Below, one piece after another: positions 9,134 through 19,271 of a stretch of DNA of 64,000 bases. The position numbers and the translations under genes are program-made. The DNA is from Candidatus Latescibacterota bacterium (GTDB lineage Bacteria; Latescibacterota; CBDEFO01), in assembly GCA_965237525.1 (NCBI GenBank), contig CBDEFO010000008.1, forward strand, positions 1,056,001-1,120,000, given 5' to 3'. The notes beneath the pieces were generated by a model. The model was not told where the DNA came from and did not search any database. It worked only from the letters and a program-made list of their open reading frames with translations. Position 1 is the first letter of the stretch; every line of letters starts with the position of its first letter.

Positions 9134-11017
9134 CTATTTTTCTTCTGCGCGTTTCAAATAGAGGGTGTCATCGAAATGGAAATGCGAAAACTGCAAACCG
9201 TAGAGCTTCTTATAGACTCCATCGCCCGCTATAAGATCCCGATGCGTCCCCTGTTGTACTATCCTTCCCTCATCTATAACGATTATTCTGTGGGCCTTCC
9301 GTATAGTAGAAAGACGGTGAGCGATGACTACGGATGTCCTGTTTTCCATCAAACGCTCTATAGCCTCTTGTACCAACGCCTCAGATTCAGTATCCAAAGA
9401 CGACGTGGCTTCGTCGAGTATGAGTATGGGAGGGTCTTTGAGTATTGCCCTGGCAATAGCGATGCGCTGTCTTTGTCCGCCAGAAAGTTTGACCCCTCTG
9501 TCTCCGATAATAGTTTCATAGCCACCGGCAAACTCCACTATAAAGTCGTGAGCGTTGGCAGCTTTGGCGGCCTCTATGACGCGTTCCTCTGCAATATCAG
9601 ATAGCCCGTAAGCGATGTTGTTCCAGAGTGTATCGTTGAAGAGGACGGTCTCCTGAGTGACTATTCCCATCATCCCTCTTAACGAATCTACTTGGATGTC
9701 CCTCAGGTCTACTCCATCTATGGTGATGCGTCCTTTTGAGGGATCGTAGAAACGTGGGATGAGGTCCACAAGCGTGGATTTTCCCGCTCCCGAGGGACCG
9801 ACTATGGCGACCATCTCTCCTGCTTTAACATCCAGATTTACGTCTGAAAGCACAGCGTCGTTGTCGTCGTATCTGAAAGAAATGTCCTCGAAGCGTATTG
9901 AATCCCTTATATAATTGACCCCTATTGCATCGGGACGGTCAGCTACCCTGGGTTTTGTATCCAGCATCCTGAACACCCTTTCGGCGGCGGCAAGCCCAAC
10001 CTGTATCTTATTGTTGGCGCGGCTGAGGTTCCTTGCAGGCTGCATGAGCATAAATAGAGCCACCAAAAAGACGATAAATTCTTCAGGTCGAAGCGCATCC
10101 GGAGCCCCAGAGAGGACCTGATTTCCGCCTACCCACAGGATGATCATCCCGAATAAGACTCCTAAGAACTCGTTGATAGGCGATGCAGCCCTGCCGACCC
10201 GGGCCATCTTGAGCATGGTCTTGAGGAACTTGTTCAGCTCCTTTTTAAACTTTTCTATCTCGAACCTCTCCATTGCAAAGGCCTTAACGATTCTGATACC
10301 GGATATGGTCTCCTGAAGTATAGAGATCATCTCGGCCATTCCTTCCTGCGACCTCGCGCTGTACCTCTTGAGTTTAGCCCCGATCTTGACAATTATAAAG
10401 AGGCTTAAAGGGGTTACTAAGAGCACCATCAGTGTGAGCTTCCAGCTCAGAAGTATCATAATTGCCAGATACGACAGCAGCAGTACAGGATCTCGTATAA
10501 AGTAAATAAGACTCATCCCGATGGTCTCATTGACAATTCTTATGTCGCTTATGATTGTGGAGATGAGCTCCCCTGTCTTATGCTGGTGGAAGTACATAAG
10601 CGAGAGTCTGTGGAGGTGCCGGTACAGAGAATCTCTGAAGTCCCTTGCGACGCTCTGCTCTATGAAGTACATCGTATATGATTGGGCGTAGCCGATGAGG
10701 TTTTTCAGAAAGTAGACGACCACGATCAATATACAGAGTCGCTTGAGCGTATCCTGTTTAGTCTTTCCTTCTACTAGCTCGTCCACCTGGTTTTTTATCT
10801 TAGCCTTAAAGTCGGCAAGTGTGCCCACCTTAACCTTCTTTTCGAATTGGATGATCTCTTGCTTCTTATCGGCGTCAAATATATTGCCGATAAAGGGTAT
10901 GAGCATCCAAATGCTAAAACCGCTCAGAAGGGCATAGGCCACCGTGAGGATAATTGAGACTATCATGTGGCGCCAGTATTTCTTGAGTCTGGCAAGCGTG
11001 CGGAACAACAAATTCAT
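9134..11017 (-). CDS. ABC transporter ATP-binding/permease, MsbA-like
   Basis: N-terminal TM domain plus Walker A GPSGAGKS, signature LSGGQRQR, Walker B ILILDEATSSLD. Confidence 0.92.
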   Translation of the reverse strand: MNLLFRTLARLKKYWRHMIVSIILTVAYALLSGFSIWMLIPFIGNIFDADKKQEIIQFEKKVKVGTLADFKAKIKNQVDELVEGKTKQDTLKRLCILIVVVYFLKNLIGYAQSYTMYFIEQSVARDFRDSLYRHLHRLSLMYFHQHKTGELISTIISDIRIVNETIGMSLIYFIRDPVLLLSYLAIMILLSWKLTLMVLLVTPLSLFIIVKIGAKLKRYSARSQEGMAEMISILQETISGIRIVKAFAMERFEIEKFKKELNKFLKTMLKMARVGRAASPINEFLGVLFGMIILWVGGNQVLSGAPDALRPEEFIVFLVALFMLMQPARNLSRANNKIQVGLAAAERVFRMLDTKPRVADRPDAIGVNYIRDSIRFEDISFRYDDNDAVLSDVNLDVKAGEMVAIVGPSGAGKSTLVDLIPRFYDPSKGRITIDGVDLRDIQVDSLRGMMGIVTQETVLFNDTLWNNIAYGLSDIAEERVIEAAKAANAHDFIVEFAGGYETIIGDRGVKLSGGQRQRIAIARAILKDPPILILDEATSSLDTESEALVQEAIERLMENRTSVVIAHRLSTIRKAHRIIVIDEGRIVQQGTHRDLIAGDGVYKKLYGLQFSHFHFDDTLYLKRAEEK

Positions 11018-11042
11018 AGGTTACCTCGGCTTTAATAGAACA

Positions 11043-11107
11043 GTAATTGCGAGGCGCGTGGCCGCTTTTCTGGGTAGGAAGCAAGACAGCACTTGGGGGA
11101 GGCAATC
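11043..11107. repeat. Dispersed GTCATTGCGAG...GAAGCAATC-family palindromic repeat arm
   Basis: GTAATTGCGAGGCGCGTGGCCGC...GAGGCAATC; related copies at 23668-23700, 23718-23811, 39661-39710 and 55058-55184, and inside the MITE. Confidence 0.6.
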
Positions 11108-11159
11108 CTTAACTTCAGTAGATATCGGGTAGGGAACCTCATCCCGGCACCATCTCCTA

Positions 11160-11202
11160 CGCCAAACGATTGGCACACATATTTCGTTTTCACCTTAGCC
11201 AT
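11160..11202 (-). pseudogene. Possible 5' stub of radA (DNA repair protein RadA/Sms)
   Basis: MAKVKTKYVCQSFG resembles the RadA N-terminal zinc-finger start MAKxKTxYVCQSCG; it runs straight into repeat sequence. Confidence 0.4.
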
Positions 11203-11549
11203 TGCTGCAAATATAACGACATTCTTGACAAAAATCAAAGGTTTTCACCAATTTAAACCAATAAAAACCTTGATCTTTCCCTTGACACGCCGGTTAAATC
11301 TAAGTAACTTTAGTTGTTGGAGATTAAACAAAACCTTAATTCTAACTGTAATGGTTTTCGGAACTGTCGTCTCGGAGGGAGATGAAGTCTACTAGGAAGT
11401 CTGCAAGAATGGCACATTAGAAGTGTACCAAAAAGGTAAGAAACGTGTACGATAATGGCACACTTGTTCTTCTAACTGATTTTCCTACAACAACATAGGT
11501 GAGACGAAGAAAATATGTAATCAACAAAAGAGCTCAGCAGCATATTTAG

Positions 11550-11797
11550 CCCGAATAATTCACAAAAAAGGCCGTATATTAATTAAGGGATTGTATTATA
11601 TTATAGTTATAACGTTTAACCGCCATCGGAGTCATTGCGAGCCGAAGGCGAAGCAATCTCGATTCTGTGGTAGATGTAATACGCTCCGCCTCTCATAGGA
11701 GACCACTACAAAACCTTGAGATTGCTTCCCCGATAGACTCAATCGGGGACCGCTTTGCTCCTCGCAATGACTCCAGCAAGTTTATGAATTAATCGGG
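11550..11797 (-). mobile_element. MITE copy 2 (248 bp, inverted)
   Basis: CCCGAATAATTCA...TGAATTAATCGGG with TTAG on both sides (4-bp TSD, reverse complement of CTAA); contains the hairpin at 11728-11748. Confidence 0.88.
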
Positions 11798-11891
11798 TTA
11801 GAAACGGAGTAGGCGACCACATGGCATGACCGTAACATTACGTACGATATATCAACCTGGCAGGCCCAAGAACATTAGAAGGAGAAAGACC

Positions 11892-13085
11892 ATGACCTAC
11901 AATCGGGTTCTTACCGATACTGAGCAGAACATCTGGCTTGACCTGTGGCATGTAGACAACGAGGTACTGGATTTAGGCACAGACCTCGAATGGAGCGTGA
12001 CCAAGATGACCCTGAAGGGCGGGCTCCAGGACGGCGTGGATGTAATTATCGTGGATAACGGGGCCATGTCCTTTTCGATAGTTCCCACAAGAGGAATGGG
12101 AATATGGACAGGTCTGTACGATGACTTTGCTCTGGGCTGGGAATCTCCCGTCAGGGGGCCTGTGCATCCCTCGTTCGTGGATTTAGGCGACAGAGCGGGA
12201 TTAGGTTGGCTATCAGGATTTGACGAGTGGGTAGTAAGGTGTGGGCTGGACAGCAACGGCTTACCGTGCGAGGATGTCGTGATCGACTACGACGGTGAAG
12301 AGATAAAAACTCAGCTAAGACTCCACGGGAAGATAGCCAATATCCCGGCGTGGCACGTGGAGGTTACAGTAGATTTGGATGAACCCCACACTTTAAGCGT
12401 ATCGGGGATCGTGGACGAGACGATGCTGTTCGGACCGGCGTTGAGACTTCACACAACTATTTCCACAGAGTTGGGATCGAATGAGATTACTATCCAAGAT
12501 GAGGTTGAGAATCTCAAGACCATCCCTGCTGAGTTGGAGCTTCTCTATCACTGCAACTACGGCATGCCCCTGTTGGACGAAGGCTCAAGATTGGTCGTCC
12601 CTGTCAAGGAGATGAGCCCAAGGGACAGGAGGGCACTGGCGGACGTAGATTCTTACGACGTTTACAGAGGACCTGAATCCGGGTACGTACAACGGGTCTA
12701 TTACTTCGATGTTTTGAGCGATGAGAATCAAGAGACATGCGTTCTTTTGAAAAACGCCGAGGGTGACAAGGGCAGTTATCTTTGCTACTCTACGGCGGAC
12801 TTGCCATGCTTTACTGTATGGAAAAATACAGCCGCTTTAGACGACGGATATGTGACAGGACTGGAGCCGGGTACAGACTATCCCAACGAGAGGAAATTTG
12901 AAAGGGAACAGGGCAGAGTAGTCTCCATCTCTCCCCGGGAGAGCTATTTGACCTCTCTTACCATAGGCGTGTGCGACAGCGCAGAATCTGTGAGAGAGAT
13001 CGAAGGCCGTATTGCCTCGATTCGAAAAGATGTAAAACCCCTAATGCACGGCAAGATCGTAGGAACATTTTCGCCCTTGGGATAG
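11892..13085 (+). CDS. Aldose 1-epimerase family / DUF4432 protein
   Basis: GGLQDGVD, VPTRGMGI, LGWESPV, LHGKIAN, LLYHCNYG, YVTGLEPGTDYPN; ATG at 11892 follows an AAGGAG RBS. Confidence 0.85.
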   Translation: MTYNRVLTDTEQNIWLDLWHVDNEVLDLGTDLEWSVTKMTLKGGLQDGVDVIIVDNGAMSFSIVPTRGMGIWTGLYDDFALGWESPVRGPVHPSFVDLGDRAGLGWLSGFDEWVVRCGLDSNGLPCEDVVIDYDGEEIKTQLRLHGKIANIPAWHVEVTVDLDEPHTLSVSGIVDETMLFGPALRLHTTISTELGSNEITIQDEVENLKTIPAELELLYHCNYGMPLLDEGSRLVVPVKEMSPRDRRALADVDSYDVYRGPESGYVQRVYYFDVLSDENQETCVLLKNAEGDKGSYLCYSTADLPCFTVWKNTAALDDGYVTGLEPGTDYPNERKFEREQGRVVSISPRESYLTSLTIGVCDSAESVREIEGRIASIRKDVKPLMHGKIVGTFSPLG

Positions 13086-13175
13086 TTCATGCAATATGTG
13101 TGACAGAGGAGCTTTTATGGGAAACAGACTGTGTAGAGCCCTGCGCTTCTTGGGACTATGAGGGAGATGTCAATA

Positions 13176-16100
13176 ATGGCTACGAACTGGAAATTGAGCC
13201 CATCAGACCTTACATTCTTGTGGGAGGAGTGTAAGCGGTGCTTTTACTTGAAAGTGGTACACGAAATTAACAGGCCCTTCATAATGCCGAAAATCTTCAA
13301 CAAGATCGACTCAATAATGAATCAGTATTTCTTCGGGAAAAACACTACCGAAATTAACCCTGTACTTCCTCCAGGCACTGTTTTGAGTGGAAACTGGGTA
13401 GGGTCCAGGTCTATTGTATTGCCTGGTCACACCTCTACGTGCTATATCTTGGGAAAGTTCGACACTGTGGTAAAATTCGAGGACGGAAGCTATGGCATAA
13501 TTGATTTCAAGACCTCCGAGAGCAAGAGCGAACACGTGTCCTTTTACAGCAGACAGCTTCATGCCTATGCATACGCTCTTGAGAATGCTGCGCCCGGAAA
13601 GCTGAATTTGTCACCAGTCTCTAAGCTTGGACTGCTGTGTGTTGAGCCTATGCAAATGCTTAGCTTGGAAGACGGCTCCTATGCGTACAAGGCAGAACCG
13701 ACATGGATGGAGTGCCCCAGAGATGATAAAGCTTTTTTGGGATTTCTTTCAGAAGTGCTGGACGTTCTTGAGCGCCCTGAACCGCCAGAGAGTACTATTG
13801 ATTGCCCTTGGTGCCAATATCAGAACACTACACGTCAGATGTTCCTGAATAGCGATGACTGGAAGATGATCACAACACTAAGAGAAAGTCAAGTGGTTAC
13901 ATTTGTCCATGATCACGTGATGGGTTTTAAGAACCCTTTAGAAGGAATAGTGCGCAAATCCGTAGGTAAGGGAGAGGGGGAGTTGACCTGGGGAGACGTG
14001 GTGGATCTAACGGAGCTGAGGGCGGTTTCAAGATCGATTTCCTACTTGGCTGGAATCGAGTGGTTCACTCAACTGAAAATGTTGGATGTAGGGGACAATA
14101 GCATTAGTGATCTATATCCACTATCTGGACTAACCCAACTGACAGAACTGACTCTATCAGGCAATCAGATTAGAGATATATCCCCACTGGCTGGATTGAC
14201 TCAACTACAAGTTCTGGATCTATGCCATAACCAAATAAGTGACTTATCTTCATTGGATGGACTATCTCAATTGACAAGGTTGGATATAGGGGTTAATCCT
14301 ATTAGTGATGTCGCTATCAATAAGCAGATTCCAGCATTAGAAAAGAAGGGCGTAAGGGTAGAAAAGGACATATTTGCCGATGATGCTCTGGAACGGGCAG
14401 TAAATACAGCTGTAGGTAAACCTGTGAGAAAACTGACTCAGGAAGACATAGCGAGCCTATCAAGCATAACGCTGTTGTGTGCAGGATATGACCCGTATGA
14501 GGCACCAATATCCGATTGGGGGTTAATTTCTGATTTGTCTGGAATCGAGCGGTTGACTCAACTGAGAATATTGGAGCTGGGGGGAAATGAGATTAGTGAT
14601 CTATCTCCATTGTCCAATCTGACACAATTAACAGAGCTGGATCTGGGGAACAATCAGATTAGTGATCTATATCCACTATCTGGACTAACCCAACTGACAG
14701 AACTGACTCTATCAGGCAATCAGATTAGAGATATATCCCCACTGGCTGGATTGACTCAACTACAAGTTCTGGATCTATGCCATAACCAAATAAGTGACTT
14801 ATCTTCATTGGATGGACTATCTCAATTGACAAGGTTGGATATAGGGGTTAATCCTATTAGTGATGTCGCTATCAATAAGCAGATTCCAGCATTAGAAAAG
14901 AAGGGCGTAAGGGTAGAAAAGGACATATTTGCCGATGATGCTCTGGAACGGGCAGTAAATACAGCTGTAGGTAAACCTGTGAGAAAACTGACTCAGGAAG
15001 ACATAGCGAGCCTATCAAGCATAACGCTGTTGTGTGCAGGATATGACCCGTATGAAGCACCAATATCCGATTGGGGGTTAATTTCTGATTTGTCTGGAAT
15101 CGAGCGGTTGACTCAACTGAGAATATTGGAGCTGGGGGGAAATGAGATTAGTGATCTATCTCCATTGTCGAGACTGATTCAACTGAGAATGTTGGATCTG
15201 TGGGGCAATCAGATTAGTAATCTATCTCCACTGTCTGGACTGATTCAACTGAGAATGTTGAATCTGTGGGGCAATCAGATTAGTAATCTATCTCCACTGT
15301 CTGGACTAACCCAACTGACAGAGCTGGATCTGGGGTACAATCAGATTAGTGATCTATCTCCATTGTCCAATCTGACACAATTAACAGAGCTGGATCTGAG
15401 GTACAACCAGATTAGTGATCTATCTCCATTGTCCAATCTGACACAATTAACAGAGCTGGATCTGGGGAACAATCAGATTAGTGATCTATCTCCACTATCT
15501 GGACTAACCCAACTGACAGAGTTGGATCTATCAGCCAACCAGATTAGTGATCTATCTCCACTATCTGGACTAACCCAACTGACAGAGTTGGATCTATCAG
15601 CCAACCAGATTAGTGATCTATCTCCACTGGTTCCACTGACAAAACTGACAAAACTGTCGATAAAGGACAATCCTCTTAGCGATGTTGCTATGAACGAGCA
15701 GATTCCAGCATTAGAAAAGCGGGGCGTAATAGTATGTAAGGGCATATTTGCCGATTATGCGCTGGAAGGGGCAGTAGGGAGGGCTGCGGGTAAACCAGGG
15801 AGAGAACTGACTCAGGAACAACTTGCGAGCCTATCAAGCATAACGCGGTTGTGTGCAGGATATGACCCGTATGAGGCACCAATATCCGATCGGGGGTTAA
15901 TTTCTGATTTGTCTGGAATCGAGCGGTTCACTCAACTGAGAATGTTGAATCTATCAGCCAACCAGATTAGTGATCTATCTCCACTATCTGGACTAACCCA
16001 ACTGACAGAGTTGGATCTATCAGCCAACCAGATTAGTGATCTATCTCCATTGTCCAATCTGACACAATTAACAGAGCTGGATCTGGGGTACAATCAGATT

Positions 16101-16511
16101 AGTGATCTATCTCCATTGTCGAGACTGATTCAACTGAGAATGTTGAATCTGGGGTACAACCAGATTAGTGATCTATCTCCATTGTCCAATCTGACACAAT
16201 TAACAGAGCTGGATCTGGGGAACAATCAGATTAGTGATCTATCTCCACTATCTGGACTAACCCAACTGACAGAGTTGGATCTATCAGCCAACCAGATTAG
16301 TGATCTATCTCCACTGGTTCCACTGACAAAACTGACAAAACTGTCGATAAAGGACAATCCTCTTAGCGATGTTGCTATGAACGAGCAGATTCCAGCATTA
16401 GAAAAGCGGGGCGTAATAGTATATAAGGGCATATTTGCCGATTATGCGCTGGAAGGGGCAGTAGGGAGGGCTGTAGGTAAACCTGTGAGAAAACTGACTC
16501 AGGAAACATAG
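13176..16511 (+). CDS. PD-(D/E)XK nuclease (Cas4/AddB-like) fused to multi-module internalin-type leucine-rich repeats; continues after a frameshift at about 16505
   Basis: N-terminal LSPS..CKRCF, GKFD..IIDFKTS..YSRQLHAYAY and CPWC motifs, then 22-aa LRRs (LxxLxLxxNQISDLSPLxxLTQ) with repeated N-caps (IFADxALE) and C-caps (NPLSDVAxNEQIPALExxGV). Confidence 0.88.
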   Translation: MATNWKLSPSDLTFLWEECKRCFYLKVVHEINRPFIMPKIFNKIDSIMNQYFFGKNTTEINPVLPPGTVLSGNWVGSRSIVLPGHTSTCYILGKFDTVVKFEDGSYGIIDFKTSESKSEHVSFYSRQLHAYAYALENAAPGKLNLSPVSKLGLLCVEPMQMLSLEDGSYAYKAEPTWMECPRDDKAFLGFLSEVLDVLERPEPPESTIDCPWCQYQNTTRQMFLNSDDWKMITTLRESQVVTFVHDHVMGFKNPLEGIVRKSVGKGEGELTWGDVVDLTELRAVSRSISYLAGIEWFTQLKMLDVGDNSISDLYPLSGLTQLTELTLSGNQIRDISPLAGLTQLQVLDLCHNQISDLSSLDGLSQLTRLDIGVNPISDVAINKQIPALEKKGVRVEKDIFADDALERAVNTAVGKPVRKLTQEDIASLSSITLLCAGYDPYEAPISDWGLISDLSGIERLTQLRILELGGNEISDLSPLSNLTQLTELDLGNNQISDLYPLSGLTQLTELTLSGNQIRDISPLAGLTQLQVLDLCHNQISDLSSLDGLSQLTRLDIGVNPISDVAINKQIPALEKKGVRVEKDIFADDALERAVNTAVGKPVRKLTQEDIASLSSITLLCAGYDPYEAPISDWGLISDLSGIERLTQLRILELGGNEISDLSPLSRLIQLRMLDLWGNQISNLSPLSGLIQLRMLNLWGNQISNLSPLSGLTQLTELDLGYNQISDLSPLSNLTQLTELDLRYNQISDLSPLSNLTQLTELDLGNNQISDLSPLSGLTQLTELDLSANQISDLSPLSGLTQLTELDLSANQISDLSPLVPLTKLTKLSIKDNPLSDVAMNEQIPALEKRGVIVCKGIFADYALEGAVGRAAGKPGRELTQEQLASLSSITRLCAGYDPYEAPISDRGLISDLSGIERFTQLRMLNLSANQISDLSPLSGLTQLTELDLSANQISDLSPLSNLTQLTELDLGYNQISDLSPLSRLIQLRMLNLGYNQISDLSPLSNLTQLTELDLGNNQISDLSPLSGLTQLTELDLSANQISDLSPLVPLTKLTKLSIKDNPLSDVAMNEQIPALEKRGVIVYKGIFADYALEGAVGRAVGKPVRKLTQET
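14103..15169 (+). repeat. Near-perfect tandem duplication with a 555-bp period inside the LRR gene
   Basis: 14103-14614 recurs at 14658-15169 with one visible substitution (GAG/GAA). Confidence 0.85.
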
Positions 16512-17287
16512 CGAGCCTATCAAGCATAACGCTGTTGTGTGCAGGATATGACCCGTATGAGGCACCAATATCCGATCGGGGGTTAATTTCTGATTTGTCT
16601 GGAATCGAGCGGTTCACTCAACTGAGAATATTGGAGCTGTGGCGCAATCTGATTAGTAATCTATATCCACTATCTGGACTAACCCAACTGACAGAGTTGC
16701 ATCTATCAGCCAACCAGATTAGTGATCTATCTCCATTGTCCAATCTGACACAATTAACAGAGCTGGATCTGGGGTACAATCAGATTAGTGATCTATCTCC
16801 ATTGTCCAATCTGACACAATTAACAGAGCTGGATCTGGGGTACAATCAGATTAGTGATCTATCTCCATTGTCCAATCTGACACAATTAACAGAGCTGGAT
16901 CTGGGGTACAATCAGATTAGTGATCTATCTCCATTGTCCAATCTGACACAATTAACAGAGCTGGATCTGGGGTACAATCAGATTAGTGATCTATCTCCAT
17001 TGTCCAATCTGACACAATTAACAGAGCTGGATCTGGGGTACAATCAGATTAGTGATCTATCTCCACTATCTGGACTAACCCAACTGACAGAGTTGGATCT
17101 ATCAGCCAACCAGATTAGTGATCTATCTCCACTGGTTCCACTGACAAAACTGACAAAACTGTCGATAAAGGACAATCCTCTTAGCGATGTTGCTATCAAC
17201 GAGCAGATTCCGGCATTGGAGTCACGAGGCGTAACGGTACTGGTTATTTATCAAATGAAATCGGTGCACTTCTCTTTCGATCTTTGA
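16505..17287 (+). pseudogene. Fifth LRR module of the nuclease-LRR gene (frameshifted; 3' end interrupted by an IS)
   Basis: CAGGAAACATAGCG here versus CAGGAAGACATAGCG in modules 2 and 3 (one base missing); includes five identical 66-bp ELDLGYN repeats; the native end resumes at 18543-18619. Confidence 0.8.
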
Positions 17288-18542
17288 TTGATCTTGACTG
17301 ATAGGTTTTGAACAATCTTTGGTTTCTGTTCTTTTTCAAAATGGATGTATAATTGTTCTTCTTTTAGGTTCCATTCAGCCAGGACAAAGTAGTTGGTGTA
17401 AGAGGAGGCACGAGATACTTTCTCATTTAGGACATCGATAAAGGCTTTATCTGTCTGTTCTGTGTCCTGTTTGACTTGTCTGATAAAATAGGTCTTAGGA
17501 ATGAAATCTTTCTCGTTTGACTTCTCTTGCTTAGGTGGACGGTAGCCGGTGTATCTCTGTGATGAAAGATTAAACCATTCTAACTTCTGATCAACTTCTT
17601 GTAAGCTTTTGAACTGAATTCTGTTCCGGAACTTCCTTGAAAATACAGAATTGTTGCCTTCTATAGATGCTTGAGAAAAGGGCCTTCTGGGAACGGCAAA
17701 TATCGGAATCACTTGATTTTTCAAGAGAAACTGCATTGCTTTGCTGACATTCCTTTTACCTGAAACACTGCCAATAGTCGCCGAGCAATTGTCCACCTTA
17801 ACGAAATCTGGTTTTTCAAACCTGTCAAAGAAAGACTGACACTTCTCGGTAAAGTTAGTTGCTGTTTGACCGTCAACCCGCCGAAAATACCTTAACTTAG
17901 GCTCTTTCTTAAAGGAAAATCCAACGAAGTTGACCGGCTCAGTTCTGCCGGTAAGATACTTTTTACCAATAAAGTCTGATTCTAGGACTCTGCCTCCTAA
18001 AAGATAGTAAATGGTATACTCTGGATAACAAAGATAACGAGATGCACCCTTGTTTTTACCTTTCTTCCTTCTCTGGGAAAGTCCTAAATCTGAAAGCATT
18101 CTGCCGATCAGTCGGCAACGACGGAGGAGGGGTGCTAGAATATCGATTCCTCCATTCTTGTTCAATAACACTGGCTCCTGAATAGAACTGATAAGGATCG
18201 TCCTCTAAGCTATGGTACATCTCTTTGATTCTCTGTTCGTCAACTTTAGCCAATTTTCGCCTTTTTCCTTTTGGCCAACCCCGATTATCATGGCAAAATC
18301 CTGATCCGGAGATTTAGTCCAAGCCGTAACGAAATCATTGGAAACTCTCGCTTGTTTGATAACTTCTCGCTTTGACATTTCTTTCTTAAAATACATCTCG
18401 TTGACTTCTTGTCTTAATACGGCCAATCTCTCTTTGTCCATAGGACTCCGTAGATTAAAGTTAAGACAATCAACTCAACTTAATCTACTAATACTCTAAA
18501 CAAAGATCAAATTAGGTGCACCGATTTCATTTGATATTCAAC
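17243..18542 (-). mobile_element. Insertion sequence (about 1.3 kb) with a frameshifted DDE/integrase-core transposase
   Basis: Terminal inverted repeats share TATCAAATGAAATCGGTGCAC; flanked by the direct repeat CGGTACTG (8 bp; or GGTACT, 6 bp, if the ends are GGTT/AACC); transposase split over 18205-18441, 18056-18253 and 17251-18171 (VKVDN..IPIFAVPRRPFSQASIEGNNSVF). Confidence 0.88.
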
Positions 18543-18650
18543 CGGTACTGACTGAAAACGAGCAGATTCCGGCATTGGAGTCACGAGGCGTAACGGTACT
18601 GACTGAAGAGGAGAGATAAAGAAATGTAATAGCTTGCTAATAGAGATAAG

Positions 18651-19271
18651 GAATAGGATAAAGATACCTTTCGAGTAAACCGTTTGAAAAAAATCAAGGA
18701 ACAAAAAGTGCCGAACACTGATCCTATAACTGCATGGATAGCACTTTATGCTGCAGTTGTATCTAGTATCGCTCTCGGGTGGAACATTTATCGAGCTTTG
18801 ACAGATAAAGGTAAGTTGAGAGTGCATTGCTACATTAGCAATGTTATAAATCTAGGTGGACCTAAAGATGAAAATGATTATTTGGCTTACGAGATAACAA
18901 ATGTTGGTAGAGAACGTGTTTTAGTGACTCACATAGGTGGCACAATGAAAGAAAAGAATTTCTCTTTATCTCCAAATCAAATAGAATGGCCCAGAATGCT
19001 TGGCCCCGGAGAATTCTTGTTAGAATATACTGCTGATCTATCTATCCTTAATGACAGTTTGTTGTGTTTGTGGGCGTCAGATTCGTTAAAGAAAACTTAT
19101 AAAGTTAAAAAGCGTGTCTTGAAAGATTTAATTAAGAAGGGAAAGGAAAAGAGTAAGTCTGCCTCATGGCAGCCTACGAATAAAGCCAAAGAATAGGATA
19201 AGAATTCCCTTCGATCAGACAGTTCGAAAGATATAAGTCAAGGGGCAAAAAGTGCCGAATACAGATCCCAT
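18651..19271 (+). repeat. Diverged ~77-bp direct repeats (18651-18727 and 19191-19271) bracketing a small ORF
   Basis: GAATAGGATAA...TTCGA...TCAAGG..CAAAAAGTGCCGAAxACxGATCCxAT occurs in both copies. Confidence 0.65.
18708..19196 (+). CDS. Hypothetical AT-rich protein with one N-terminal transmembrane helix
   Basis: GTG start after AAGGA; ITAWIALYAAVVSSIALGWNIY is a TM segment followed by a beta-rich soluble domain. Confidence 0.7.
   Translation: MPNTDPITAWIALYAAVVSSIALGWNIYRALTDKGKLRVHCYISNVINLGGPKDENDYLAYEITNVGRERVLVTHIGGTMKEKNFSLSPNQIEWPRMLGPGEFLLEYTADLSILNDSLLCLWASDSLKKTYKVKKRVLKDLIKKGKEKSKSASWQPTNKAKE

Noticed and set aside
11410..11475. Sigma54 promoter-like TGGCAC motifs
   Set aside because: The -12 TTGC element is absent at the required spacing.
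16700..17060. Regular 66-bp repeats that could be mistaken for a CRISPR array next to a Cas4-like nuclease
   Set aside because: The units are contiguous coding LRR repeats with no unique spacers, and there is no cas1/cas2 or leader.
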